Source of the DNA: Octopus bimaculoides
Taxonomy: Eukaryota
Direction of reading: 5' to 3'
DNA length: 57,182 nt
Assembly: GCF_001194135.2 (NCBI RefSeq)
Contig: NC_068992.1
Location: 37,785,687-37,842,868 of the forward strand
Shown: in pieces, positions 23,201-34,736 of the stretch
Position numbering within the stretch: position 1 is the stretch's first letter
Layout: every line of letters begins with the position of its first letter
Notes under the pieces: generated by a model
What the model was told of the DNA's origin: nothing
Database searches by the model: none
Seen by the model: only the letters and a program-made list of their open reading frames with translations
Made by a program: the position numbers and the translations under genes

Positions 23201-23380
23201 TAGCCGAACTTCCTCTCCACCTTACTTCTTGGGGGCAGCACAAATCGACACATCTCCATTCAAGCATCTCAAGAATCTCACCAGACATACCTTTCAGTGT
23301 GTCGACGTTGAGTGTGCCAACACTGACGAAGTGGGCCCGTGAGACCCTGGGATGGCGGACAGCAATGTCATGTACCTAAA
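20280..23380 (-). mobile_element. RTE LINE with large internal deletions, interrupted by a solo LTR
   Basis: APE start (VGTLNVDTLKGMSGEILEMLEWRCVDLCCPQEVRWRG) at ~23.3 kb, linker at ~21.4-21.6 and ~22.6 kb, RT C-terminus at ~20.8-21.4 kb, and 3' UTR with (GAT)n tail at 20.28 kb. Confidence 0.9.
21597..22591 (+). mobile_element. Solo LTR (Gypsy-like) with a 4-bp CATC target-site duplication
   Basis: TGTAG...TTACA termini, with CATC at 21593-21596 and 22592-22595. The RTE sequence joins up across the insertion. Inside are TCACGTGA x2, CCAAT, TATAAATA (~21837) and a later AATAAA. Confidence 0.85.
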
Positions 23381-24374
23381 AAGAAATGTCGCATTTGGTA
23401 GAATTCATAAACAGAACAATAGCCTTCAACCTGCATACACTACGTCATCATTATTTTGTACTATATGATCACTACCTTACATAGCAGATAAATCCTAAGT
23501 AGGGATGGGGATGGCGTTAAGCCTTTTAGTGTTCATGAGAGATAACCAAAGGATGACAAAGGATAGGAACTTCCGGTAGAGGTGGCCTGGGTGGGAGGGT
23601 GTTCGTACCGAGAGCTAGCAAATTCAGACGAGAGCATCTTCTGGATTTGTATTCTTTCGGGGAAGTTATTAAAAATCGAGTAGGGGAATCCGAGTGCGTG
23701 CGCTAGTTTATATAGGGTGGTGGTATTGGAGGAGGGGAAGTGTTGGTGAAGCAAGTGTAATCGAAAGAGAGACAGAGAGGGCCATAGATAGAACACAAGT
23801 GTTAGAACATGAGGGAGAAAAAAATTCTTTTGGGATTTAGGGTAACATAATTTAATGATACAACAAATGCTGATAATAATGAAATAGGATTCTGACAAAT
23901 TAGTGACGATGTGATAAACTTAATTAATGAATATGTGACGATTAAAGATTATGCATGAACTTAAGACAACAATGAGGAAGAAGAAACTATTTAAACTATG
24001 TTTACATGGTATTGAAATAGATAGAATAGTGAAATGATCTACTAAGGGGTTTATGATCTGCACAGAAATAGAGTAGTAGATGAACGAGGTTGAAAAGACA
24101 AAATTTCTCATCTGAGCATCTTTTGAAACTCGTATTCTTTCGGTGGAGGTAATAAAAATTCGAGTAGCAGAATCCGAGTGCGTCCGCTAGTTTATATAGG
24201 GTGGGGGTGGGGTGGAGGAATTCAATTTCCCTTTCTGAAAATTCCAGTTTATCCAGATTCTCCTTTAAGCATTTACTAACAAACCTAGTGCTCCAATTGT
24301 TATTGGTTTGAATATTGCTGGAGGTTTCGAAGCAGTTGTCCATTGATAGGGGAGATCAGGTCTACTTGTTACAC

Positions 24375-24726
24375 GGGTAAGTTGTTACAAGCTCATTATT
24401 TTCCAACTTCAAGATATAGGTGGCACTCAGGTCTCCATAATCAGCATGACTGTCACCAGGAAATGTATGCCTCAAGAAACGATTTTTCACTCCAAAAGTG
24501 AAATTTTGCTACAAAGTTATTTCCTTAACTACTAAAGCACAAGTGTTGTTACTGAAGCAGTTTGTGGCTCATTAGAAAATGTTGGAAGCTGCCTTCAAAA
24601 CACAAAGGTGTGTCCTGGATGCCATGCATTGTTAGTGCTGTGTACGAGGTAATCCACAGAAATCCATGGTTGGGGTTAATTGTTACAGTGTATGTATCAA
24701 CTTACCCCAGGTATGTAACAACTTAC
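24375..24726. mobile_element. Possible MITE-like remnant with a 13-bp inverted repeat
   Basis: GTAAGTTGTTACA ... TGTAACAACTTAC. No coding capacity and no clear TSD. Confidence 0.3.
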
Positions 24727-24739
24727 TCCTATTTCAGTT

Positions 24740-25330
24740 TAACATACCTGTTTGAGACTAGGTCCCTAATGAAGAAAGCACGATTAGCTGAAAAGTTGTG
24801 AGAGAGGTCTGACATGCCCAGGTTCTCTAGGTTCAGTTTTCCGACAATTTATAAGCACAAGGCTTGTTACAATGACGTCCCATGTCGTGAAAACGTGCAT
24901 GGTACCAACACACCGAAGAACTGTTGGTTGAAAAGTGTTACGTTGTTAAGAGAAAGAACGGCTTCGCGAACGCTGTCTAACACAATAGAATCGAGCTATT
25001 TGGCGATAGCCTTCAACAAGGTGTCTCCATTTTTATTATCAGGCTGATGTGGAGAAGACGATGAAGCAATAACCAAATTAGCTATGGTGGGTCTGTGAGA
25101 GCATTCCATTATTCTATTTGCAGATGAAGCAATTTGATCTATATAGTTGGTGTCAACCATATTCGCCAATATCGTCTGTACATTAGTTGGTAAGCGGGAA
25201 AAAAATAATTTTTTATGAAGAAGCTATCTGCAGGTGTATCATCACTGAGTTCTCGGATTCGCCTAAACATTAAGTTTCCTGTGCATTGTTACGCCCGATC
25301 GCTATCCTCTACCCAATTTCTTTTTTTAAC
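24740..25330 (-). mobile_element. Gypsy-type gag fragment, running towards the protease
   Basis: Pseudo-frame LFFSRLPTNVQTILA...IDQIASSANRIME...VCWYHARF...CNKPCAY...FFIRDLVS matches the Gypsy gag RLP..VQ.ILA and CWYH..F...C..PC knuckle. Frameshifted. Confidence 0.7.
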
Positions 25331-26079
25331 AGGAATACATCATTTGCGAGTTAAAGTACTAGTGGCTTTAACTAGAGCAGGACATTGAAATAGAAATGAT
25401 TCCCTTTTTTACTATTTTAACTTAATTACTTTATGCTGTTTTCATTGTAGTGAACAAAATATTTAAACCATAATTTGCAGTTGACTGAGTACCTTTAGTT
25501 AAAATAGTTGATGATGAAATTGTCAGCTATTTTGAGATGATAATAGGCATCAATCCACTTACAAGAGGATTTTACTAACCATTTCGAGAATGTACTGGAC
25601 ACCAGGTGAAAGCAAAGTTTGAGTATAATGAAATGTAACAGGATAGTAGCAGAGTGAGTAAGAAAGGGGGTGGGGAGAAGATTAATGTTAGGGATCAGAA
25701 GCAGTGCTAGGGAAAGAGAATTTGTGACAGTGGGTTAGTGGAATAGAGTGATAAGAATGGTGGGGGTGGGTTGAATGGGAAGAGAGAGATAAGGTGATGA
25801 TGAGAAGCCAGTGCATTTCCAGAGAGGGTGAGTCTGCCAGAGTACAATCCCTCTCCACTCAAGGATCCTGATTTAGAAAGATAAAGAGTGTATAACAAGA
25901 TATGGGTGACAAGGTTAAGAGGTTAGGAATGTATAAAATGCCTCGATCAAGTACTTTCCTCTCAATTATAGGTGATATGGTAAAGTGAGCCGAAGAGGTG
26001 ATGGGGAGATGAGATAGAATAAGTATAGTGAGTAGAAGAAATACTGAGACACGATGATACAGAATAGGCAATAATCATG

Positions 26080-27150
26080 CTTTCCTAAGCTTACATAGGA
26101 TGTCTTATCTACTACATCATGTTTCCTCAGCTGACATAGTTCTCCACCAACACACCTTCGGATAATTTTTCACTTCATCCTAAGTCTTCCTCTCACAGAT
26201 ACCATTAAGAGTAGTAGATGCATGTTTATGCAACTGCGATCTTTCATTCACATCATATGCCCATACCACCTAATTCCCTTTACACTCCTGTTTGTCTCAG
26301 TTCATTTATATTTCATCCTACAGTGTACTGATATGATGCATGCTCAACTCATTTCTTTCTAGTCGTTGCAGATCCTCCATATTTAAGGCTATCAACTGCT
26401 GTGCAGCAACTCACTTCACACATAAGCGTGATACAATCAGCTCTTCACTTTGAGAGAAGCAACATCCATACAGGTAAGCAATATCCATACATTTAAAACA
26501 CAATGTTCCCCAAGAGCTCTTAGTGCACCTGCTGCATGTGAAATCTACCTTCTGCAAACACAGCAGGGCTATGTCCCTATGCTATCTTCCTTGCTATTTA
26601 CTAGAACTTTTGTTTTCACTAAGTTTACTTTAATGTCTTTCAATTTTAGGATGTGTTTCCATATCTGAAACTACTGTTTCAATTCTTCTACTGATTCTGC
26701 TATAAGGATTACTGTTATCAGTATCCAGTTCCCATGAATAACCAGTATTAAATTCCTGTTATGGTTTGGCGGATTATGATAAATGGGAAAAGATTAAGTA
26801 TTGAGCACCGAAGGCTGTTTCTAGAGTGATGAATGCTTGATATAGGGGTTTACTCCTAGCCATATACTTATCTTGCAGTTGTCTCACAAAGACTATGGCA
26901 TCAATGGTGCTTCTTCCTGTGACAGAGCCCAACTGCACCTCATACAAGCTAATCTTTCTCTAATCAATTTTGCAATAACTCTTTCTTTAACCATCATAAC
27001 CTGATTCCAACATTACATGTTTATCTTTGTAGTAGTTTACAATACTACAACACCAGTCATTGTGTATGAGACAGTTTATTCCTGATGGCCCAGCTACTAT
27101 CATTACTTTCATGTCCTTTGTTACTCTATGTTTGGTTACTGTATGTGTAC
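26080..27150 (-). mobile_element. Old RTE-like LINE RT fragment
   Basis: Minus strand has GPSGI, QLGSVTGRSTIDAIVFVRQ and IRWYGHMM remnants. Confidence 0.65.
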
Positions 27151-28929
27151 CACTACTTTTGTAATAGTTTCCTATTTGGAAATAGATAATAAATATATTT
27201 TTCTTTTGAAGTAGGAATCTATATTGATGAACATATCACTTATAACTTACTAAAAGTTATCATGCAGAAAAATCCTGACTCCAGCTACATAAACGCCATA
27301 GCGAGAAATATATACTCTGAAACATAATGGACATTTTATGCATGTATGTATGTTATAAATAAATTCATGTTCTTTTAACCACTATAAAAAAATACAGTTT
27401 CATAATTACAGAAATAAATTTCATTAACAAGATGAAGAACATGAAGAAAGAGAAAATAATTACTACATTAGTTTATTTATGTACATTTAGCATTTATAGT
27501 ACAATTGGAAAGTAAAGTCATTTTGTTGTAGAGAGTTACGACTTAAAATATACACGAGCTAATCCTTCATACTAACTACTAGAGTTCACAAGAATTCAAA
27601 TGTCTTGTTGGATTTAAGTGATAGACATGGCATAAAAAAATAGCCAATATCTCAAGGAATGAGTGTCGTGGAGTTTAGTAACATCCAACGATCACTATTG
27701 TGAGTGCCGTGGGGTTTAGTAATATCCTACAAACACTGAGTAATTTCCCAAAAATCAGGGTTTTTATAACTGCCCATGTCCGAATTCTAAGAACCGTATT
27801 TCATGAAAGATTTCTTTGACAAAAGTTTAGAATGCCTAATTTTAACCAATGGGATTACCAACAATTATGCTTGTTTAGGCAAACGACCATACATCATATT
27901 GCCGCCTTTGATGACTTGCTACAGTACCATACTTGGATAGCTAGACTCCCTGTTGGGTTTATATGGAATAGATTCTCTCTCCACTACACACTCTTATCTA
28001 TATCAATGAGAGCTAGTGTTACTCATTTCACTCTATACACATTTCTATCTCAATTCTCATGTCATAGAACATACTTCTTTGTCTCTCTGCTAAGTGTATC
28101 TGATAGTTTCTTTTTTATCTTTTCTGCTTGGGTTTCACATTTTTGGAATTTTGGTATATTGATGTAATTTTTTACACTGATGTTATTCACTTGTTCCAGA
28201 AAAATTTTAGGAATATGTTACAGAGGCTTAAAGTTTGACGATTTTAACCCAATCAGAAAACAGGATTTGGAAACTGACATTTTCTGCATGATAACTTTTA
28301 TAAGAGAAAATGAAAGCAATATATTATGACGAAAGTACTTATACGTCTTGAAGTTTTAGTAAATTTAAATGAATAAAGTCAAGTGAAACGTTGGAATAAG
28401 CAATATAAAAAGGAAAAATCATAAATGAAATTATCAAATTTTTTTGTGAAAAAAAAAAAAAAAAAGGTATATTACTACTGTAGTTCAGTGAAAATTCAAC
28501 AACGTATGTCTGGGGTTTATGGTTTGAGTTAGGGTTTAGGATTGAGTGGAATTTAGGGTCAGTAATATTTTTTTACAATTTTTCTAGAGCAAATGAATAA
28601 CAGAATCAGATTCAGTGTGAAAAATTACATCAGTATACCAAATTTGACAAAAACAATTAATGCATTATTCATAGTGTAAATTCAAGTAACAGCTTGGCTT
28701 GTTACTATTAAAACAAACACCAATGTGTCTCTGGTTTACAATTGGCTAAAATTACCCCAAATTTTGAAAGCTATTAAGTTTTTATTTATTAAGTTAAAGC
28801 AAAAATGAATTTTATTTTCATAATTAGCATACAAAACTTACATCAGTACACCAAATTTGAAATTAATTGGAACAAAATTAAAGGTGTTGAAAATTGAAAG
28901 CCAAACAGAAGAGATGTTTTCTGTTGCCC

Positions 28930-29760
28930 CTCCTCTTCTTTTTCAATTTTCCCAAGCTTGTCTCTTTGCTGTTATGGCATTGTCTACAATATTGCTCTAC
29001 CACCAAATCACTCTATATTTGGTTGGGACCTAGCACCAGTCTCTAGCTCCCAGCAGATTATTCCTTAAACACTGCCAATTTTGTTCTGTTATAAGTTTCT
29101 ATTTCCTCTTGGTAAGAGTGTCATTTAATAACTCTCTGAATCTATGATCTTTCAAGTTCCATGTCTTTCGTGTCCAAATCATCTTTTGTCTCTGAGTCAG
29201 TGAAATCCTTACTTTGAAACCAGTAATCAGTAGTTTCTGTTGGGAGGTACATTCTTTACTTGAGAAAGACTGCATTTAGTCATTTGCCAGTCCTGCTTTC
29301 TGGTGAAAGTAAAATCTATCTAGCTTGTTTGTTCACCTGACTGGTTGATTTGCTGAAGTTCATATGTAGATAGTGAGATCATTTGCATCACAGAACTCTC
29401 GCAGTCGTAATCTCTCCTCATTTTTTTTGTACTGAACACATATAGCTATGTAGGCCAGAAATGGCATCATGGTGTTGTTCAATATGGCCATTAAAATTGC
29501 CGGCTATGATAATGAAGTCTGTTATCAAAGTAATCTGCAGAAAGTCTTCATAAAAAGCTTGTCTGTTTATCTACTAGTCCTGAATGTGCTGCATATAAGG
29601 AGATAATGTCAGTTATTTTGCCAATGGTTAGTCAAATAATTCTATCCATGTTTCTTCTAACAGAATGCCTTATGCAGACTTGGAGGGTGGCTGCCCTAAA
29701 GCTTTGAATCTAAAATGAAGTGTTGGGGACAGGATTCTAGTTGCACTTGGGTAAACTTAA
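28930..29760 (-). mobile_element. Old RTE-like LINE APE fragment, possibly the same copy as 26080-27150
   Basis: Minus strand has DFIIIAGNFNGHIE (GDFNGH motif) and EFCDA remnants. Confidence 0.55.
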
Positions 29761-29900
29761 CATTTTTTGTGTGCTTGTATTATAGTTTTGCATGAATTCG
29801 CACCCTTTTTGTATGTGGTCAAAGATATTTCTCTAAATGTTTGATTCGCTGTTTATTCCAACATTCATTGATGAGCCACCATATATAATCAACACAACAG

Positions 29901-29942
29901 GTGCCAGTCATTGCTACTTTCTAAAGAGCTTCAGCGAGAAAG
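29901..29942 (+). CDS. Candidate exon of an unidentified + strand gene (CQSLLLSKELQRE)
   Basis: Weak acceptor caacag, strong donor AAG|gtatgt, phase 2-2, and compatible with the exon at 33261. Confidence 0.3.
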
Positions 29943-30257
29943 GTATGTATATGAACTACATAGAATCTCACTTACTGATTTGAATGTATGGTCGTAAGGA
30001 GGTACATGTGTAGAAGGCCTGTGAAAATATACATATATATATACACAAATAGGAATGGCTTTTCTGATAATTAGATGTTTATAAATCATTAAATACCCAA
30101 TTCTTTATAAACATCTAATTATTAAAGTGGAAAAATTGTCAGAAAAGCCATTCCTATTTTCTTCAAATATATAACACTGTACTTTCTATCTCTAAATCTA
30201 CTTTATACACACACACAAACACATGCAAATATAGAGCTATGAAGGTGGGTAGGTTAT

Positions 30258-31500
30258 CATCATCATTGTTTAACATCCACTTTCAATGCTGGCACAGCTT
30301 AGATGGTTTGACTGAAAACTGGTAAGCCAGGTAGCTGCACCAAGTTCCAATATGATTTGGCAAGGTTTCTACATCTCGATGCTCTTCCTAACACCAACCA
30401 ATCCAAGAGTAGTGGGTGCTTTTTATGTGCCACCGGCACAGGTGTCATAGATGTGACACTTGCATCAGCCATGACTATGATTTCACTTGGTACAGTATAT
30501 TGCCAAAGATCTCAGTTACCTGTCACTGCTTCCGTGAGGTCCAATGCTCAAATGATGTTTTTTATGTGCACTAGCATGGGTGTCAGATGGCACTGGCTTT
30601 GTCCAGGTCTTCTCAGCATAGAATATTGCCCAACGTTTGAAGGGTACTTTTTACATGCCAGTTATGCAACACTAGCATTGTTATGACTATGATCTCACTT
30701 GGTTTGATGGGTCTTCTCAAGCACGGCCATATCGCTAAAGGTCTTGGTCACTTGTCATTGCACCCATGAGGCCCAACATTCAAAAATCATGCTTCAACAC
30801 CTTGTCCCATGTCTACCTGGATCTACCACAGGTTTAAAGTGTGGCACATCTTCACACAGCAGTCCTTGTCCATATGTATCATGACCATACCAGCACACTT
30901 GTCTTTTGCACACCATAACTGATGCTTCTTAAGCTCAACGTTTCTCTCAGGATGCTTACACTCTGTTGTGCATTCACACTGACATTACATATCCAGCAAA
31001 GCATACTAGCTTCACTTCTTTCATGTTTCACTGCTCTCTAACATGACTGTTTGCACACAGGCATCATACAGTCTGCCTTTCACTCTGAGAGAGAGGCCCT
31101 TTATTACCAGCAGAGATAGGAGCTCTCTGAATAGCCCAGGCTATTCCTATTCTAGCAGCCAAGCTCTCAGAGCATCCACCCCCGCTACTGATTTGGTCAC
31201 CTAGGTAACGGAAGCTATTGACTACTTCTAGTTTTCCCCTGGCATGTGATGGAGTCTATTTTCTGTACATTTTAGTGTTTATTGTACCTGTGCACACACA
31301 AAAACTATTTTCCCTGTTAACCTTCCTATGATATTGCTGCACCTCTTATGTGTCCAAAGCTTACACTGGGTACATCTTATTGAGTTTCTGCCTATGCCCT
31401 TTCTAGAGATCAAGCAGGACTATCTACCTGAAGGAATTTGTGATTTGTCTGCATTCCTACTTAATAAAACTGGTTTTTGCTTAAAAGTGAGAAATATGTC
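30258..31500 (-). mobile_element. 5'-truncated RTE LINE (RT C-terminus + 3' UTR)
   Basis: Tail catcatcattgtttaacatcc, SIRCTQCKLWTHKRC, and a GKLEVVNSFRYLGDQ-like segment on the minus strand. Confidence 0.85.
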
Positions 31501-31699
31501 AAACATTACAGCAGGTAGACTAGATTTGTATGCATAATTCATCTTGAGACAATAATCTATGAATATTAAGTAAAAATGGCCACATTTTAAAAAGTGACTG
31601 GCTAAAAAGATTTAGAAGAAACAACTCAAAGAGAAAATTTCACTTTGAGAGATTGCAATCAACAGAGTGTTTACTAAGAGACAAAACAGCACATTTTCT

Positions 31700-32260
31700 G
31701 CATGTGTGGTACATTTGTGTTATTGGGTGTGAAGAAAGAGGATGGTGAATTTGGTGGCTGCTACTTAAGTCTGTTGTGGAATAAGGTGTCTAAGTGGTTT
31801 TTGTAAAGTTATTGTGGAGCTGAGTCTGCAAAATGGTGTGAGGATGTGAATATGATGTTATTTGGATATGTGGTATGGATGTGTGGAAATGTGTAGGGAT
31901 AGAGAGGAGGTAAATTGCTAACTAGTGGTCTGCATTGTTTCTTAAAGTGGTGGTATTTTCCATATGAGTTACTAGCAAGGAATGTTTTTGAAAACTTTGC
32001 TAATGCTGATAATAGAATTGTACATGTAGGAGTGTTTTTAAATGATTAAAGCCATCATGGACTTTTTTTGTGTTAGGTTTATGAGGGATATGTGGGTTAG
32101 TGATATCAAGGATTAGTCTTCCTAGAATTTTTGATGCTATTTCACTTGAGTTTTTGTTGGTTCAAGTAGTTGCAGTTGGTGAGTGTAGTAGTGTAATCTC
32201 AGCAGGTCTGACACAATTTAATAAATTTTGGATTATTTCTGTTGAAAGTACCTTCCACCA
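31700..32260 (-). mobile_element. Heavily decayed non-RTE LINE RT fragment
   Basis: Strong G/T strand skew. The minus pseudo-frame SKILGRLILDITNPHI...HDGF weakly resembles K.LE.II...I.....QHGF. Confidence 0.35.
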
Positions 32261-33260
32261 CCAATTTACAGTGCCTTTTCAATTAGTATTGACCATTTAT
32301 ATTCATATGCATGTTTTCTCATTATTTTTGCTCACACTGGCCAATATTTTTAATCTCCATATTTTACACCAAAATTTTCTTGTAAGTTAATATTCAACAC
32401 CCTTCTTTTTAAGTGTATTCGTCTTTTACTGCATATGCTTTGATTTCAATAATCATAATTTATTCTTACACTGTACCTCACTTCTTAGTTTTTTTGTAAG
32501 ATTTATCTCAAAAATAACAGTTCCTTGAGCTTTACAGCTTCCTCCAATCCTAGTCATTATGCTATCACTCATTCTGCTTCTAATATTACACAAGTATCAA
32601 AATTACTATATTATTTTGAGAGAGTCATTCAGACTGTCTTTAGTTTATGGATGCTAATCTGTTTATTGATAAATGAAATAAACAGCTATAAAGAGAAAAA
32701 GTCTGTTAAAAAATAAAAGTAGTGCTATAAAACAATCATCTGGCTCAAGTCAATAAAAACACAGTTCAATGAATCAACAGTATATCAGATAAACTTTTAA
32801 CATTTAATATATGTGAGCAATTGTACTTGCTAAACCATCAGGCAACCTTTCTAGCCCATGACCTAGAATGATTTCCCCCCCACCCCCAGTTTCTGAGATA
32901 TCTAAGACTCTTGGTAGTTTTTGGTGCTGCAAAAATAATAAAAGTTATAAAAGAAAATATTTCTTGATATAATGAATAATAGCTTCTTTTATCTTATTTT
33001 CTTTTCCTTATTTTTCTATTTACTTTTTCTCTGCGAAGTCTTGAGGAAATAATCAATTGACTCAAACATAGTTAATCTCGTACAGATAATATGCTGTCTT
33101 ATATGGTGAAAACAGTTTTTTTTCCCAAAGAGATAGATAACTATATATTCAAATCCTTACAAAATCTTGGACTGAATTTTAAGATTGGAGGAAAATGTTA
33201 GGCCTTCCTGTATTGTATTTTATACTCAAGATATACATGGTATTCTGTTTACTTTTGCAG

Positions 33261-33326
33261 ATATACAATAGGAGAAGATAATTCAGTGGCATTTGAACAT
33301 ATTCATGGCTGTGTATTTCCTGCAAA
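33261..33326 (+). CDS. Candidate exon of an unidentified + strand gene (YTIGEDNSVAFEHIHGCVFPA)
   Basis: Acceptor ttacttttgcag, donor AAA|gtaatc, and only one of three frames is open (phase 2-2). Confidence 0.45.
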
Positions 33327-33643
33327 GTAATCACTATCCTATGAATAAGAAACATACTATGACACAAGAATATGAGGATAGCTAACAGAAGAATAAAAAG
33401 TTTTGTTATTTATGGGTAAGATGTGTTAAAGTAGTAATTGATTTAAATGGTAAGCATTTCTCTGAAATATTAGGAAAAAACAGCTAGATTATACACCAAA
33501 TTATTAAAATTTAAATTTTACTTCTTAGACATAGAAATGTTTGTTACTTTTCTATATATAGATACGTTTTAGCTTATATACAACAGTAAAATGCATGAAA
33601 ATGCAATTTCATATATAAATCTATGTTATTAGGTAGTAATATT

Positions 33644-33724
33644 TCATGTTTCAACATCAGTGTCTGATGAGTCATCTATTTCATCAGAATTTCCACCAAT
33701 AGCCCTCCAAAATGACAGAGTTGC
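33644..33724 (-). CDS. Candidate terminal coding exon of an unidentified - strand gene (ATLSFWRAIGGNSDEIDDSSDTDVET*)
   Basis: Strong pyrimidine-rich acceptor ending ttcgtttag, an open frame to TGA, and an acidic tail. Confidence 0.4.
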   Translation of the reverse strand, partial: ATLSFWRAIGGNSDEIDDSSDTDVET

Positions 33725-33854
33725 CTAAACGAAAAAGAGAAAGAATTGAATGTATAAGAAATGCAAAGCAATATTTAGAAATATAAAAATATATATCAAT
33801 CATACAAATCAATTTTAAAATACAGATATAAAGAACTTAACCAGTTCTTTGCAG

Positions 33855-33886
33855 GCATTTAGGATATTGTTCGACTGCTAATTCAG
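33855..33886 (+). CDS. Candidate exon of an unidentified + strand gene (HLGYCSTANS)
   Basis: Acceptor ttctttgcag, strong donor CAG|gtgagc, and the single open frame is in phase with the exon at 33261. Confidence 0.45.
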
Positions 33887-34283
33887 GTGAGCACAGCTGA
33901 TTAAAAGGTACCCTATTGGAGAGCTGATTATATGGCTTAAGTTTTGATTCCTAGTTGTTGTCTCTTCAGTTACCCCAGTCTCTGATTAACACACCACCTC
34001 CGCAAATACTTGAAATTTTTCTGCACTTATGAAGACACCTATCAATCTCTTCATGTCCATTGAATTGTTTGATTCCTACCTAATCAAAGTAACTAGGTTC
34101 ATATCACCTTACCCTATAAGCAGCCATCTGTTGAACCCACTGGTACTTCAAATCTGCTAATTTTACTCTCACTACCCTTAATAGTAAATGTGCTTTACCT
34201 CTGACCTATCCAAGACAACAAAGTAGGTGACTCACACCACCTTTGAAGATATGTTTAGATATGTCTGTCTATAGTCCCCTCAC

Positions 34284-34320
34284 GATTCCAAATCTTTCAA
34301 TTAGTTCACGAGCAGTTGCA
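34284..34320 (-). CDS. Candidate exon of an unidentified - strand gene (ATARELIERFGI)
   Basis: Acceptor tttctttttctgtactgctacag, donor ATC|gtgagg, single open frame, phase 2-0. Confidence 0.4.
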
Positions 34321-34437
34321 CTGTAGCAGTACAGAAAAAGAAAGAAAAAAACCGTCCCTTTATTGTAAATTCAGTTTGGAGCTAGAAGCAAAATAGTCGG
34401 AAGATGTGGCAATGACTTTATTTATAGTTCTACTTAC

Positions 34438-34523
34438 ATAGCCATTTTAGTTACAAAACAGTATACTTTCATTATATTATATTTAAAATTAACCAAAAGC
34501 AGTGCTGTGCACCATGAATTAAT
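34438..34523 (-). CDS. Candidate exon of an unidentified - strand gene (INSWCTALLLVNFKYNIMKVYCFVTKMA)
   Basis: Acceptor cttctaactttgcag with a CTAAC branch point, donor TAT|gtaagt, 86 nt, phase 0-2 in register with the exon at 34284-34320. Confidence 0.35.
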
Positions 34524-34736
34524 CTGCAAAGTTAGAAGAAGGGAAACCTTTAAATAAGACAAGATCTAGCTCTAGTTTGAAAGGTGAGAGAGCTTGCCTG
34601 CCATATAATATACAAAAACCTTTGCTTTTTAACCAGTAATCTTGCAAGTTAGTGATGGTAGATGACTTCCTCAAGGTATGTATAAAATCAATACATATTT
34701 TTTGTTGTTAAAAATGAAGAGACATTGACAATTGCA

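Noticed and set aside
23533-24343. TLYKLAHALG / TLYKLADALG resembling a bacterial XRE helix-turn-helix
   Set aside because: It is only a 10-residue match that comes from translating a TATA-box-containing repeat. The rest of an HTH is absent and the context is eukaryotic.
29837-29942. Alternative ATG-started frame MFDSLFIPTFIDEPPYIINTTGASHCYFLKSFSEK ending at the same donor
   Set aside because: It ends in phase 1, which hits stops in the exons at 33261 and 33855. It cannot be excluded without RNA data.
32551-32606. Possible + exon (LPPILVIMLSLILLLILH or SSNPSHYAITHSASNITQ)
   Set aside because: The donor (gtatca) is weak and the frame is ambiguous. The chain 29901-33261 is in phase without it. 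Coordinates are approximate.
34637-34675. Possible further + exon ending CAAG|gtatgt
   Set aside because: All three frames from the aaccag acceptor contain stops. It could only be a terminal or UTR exon, so the support is insufficient.
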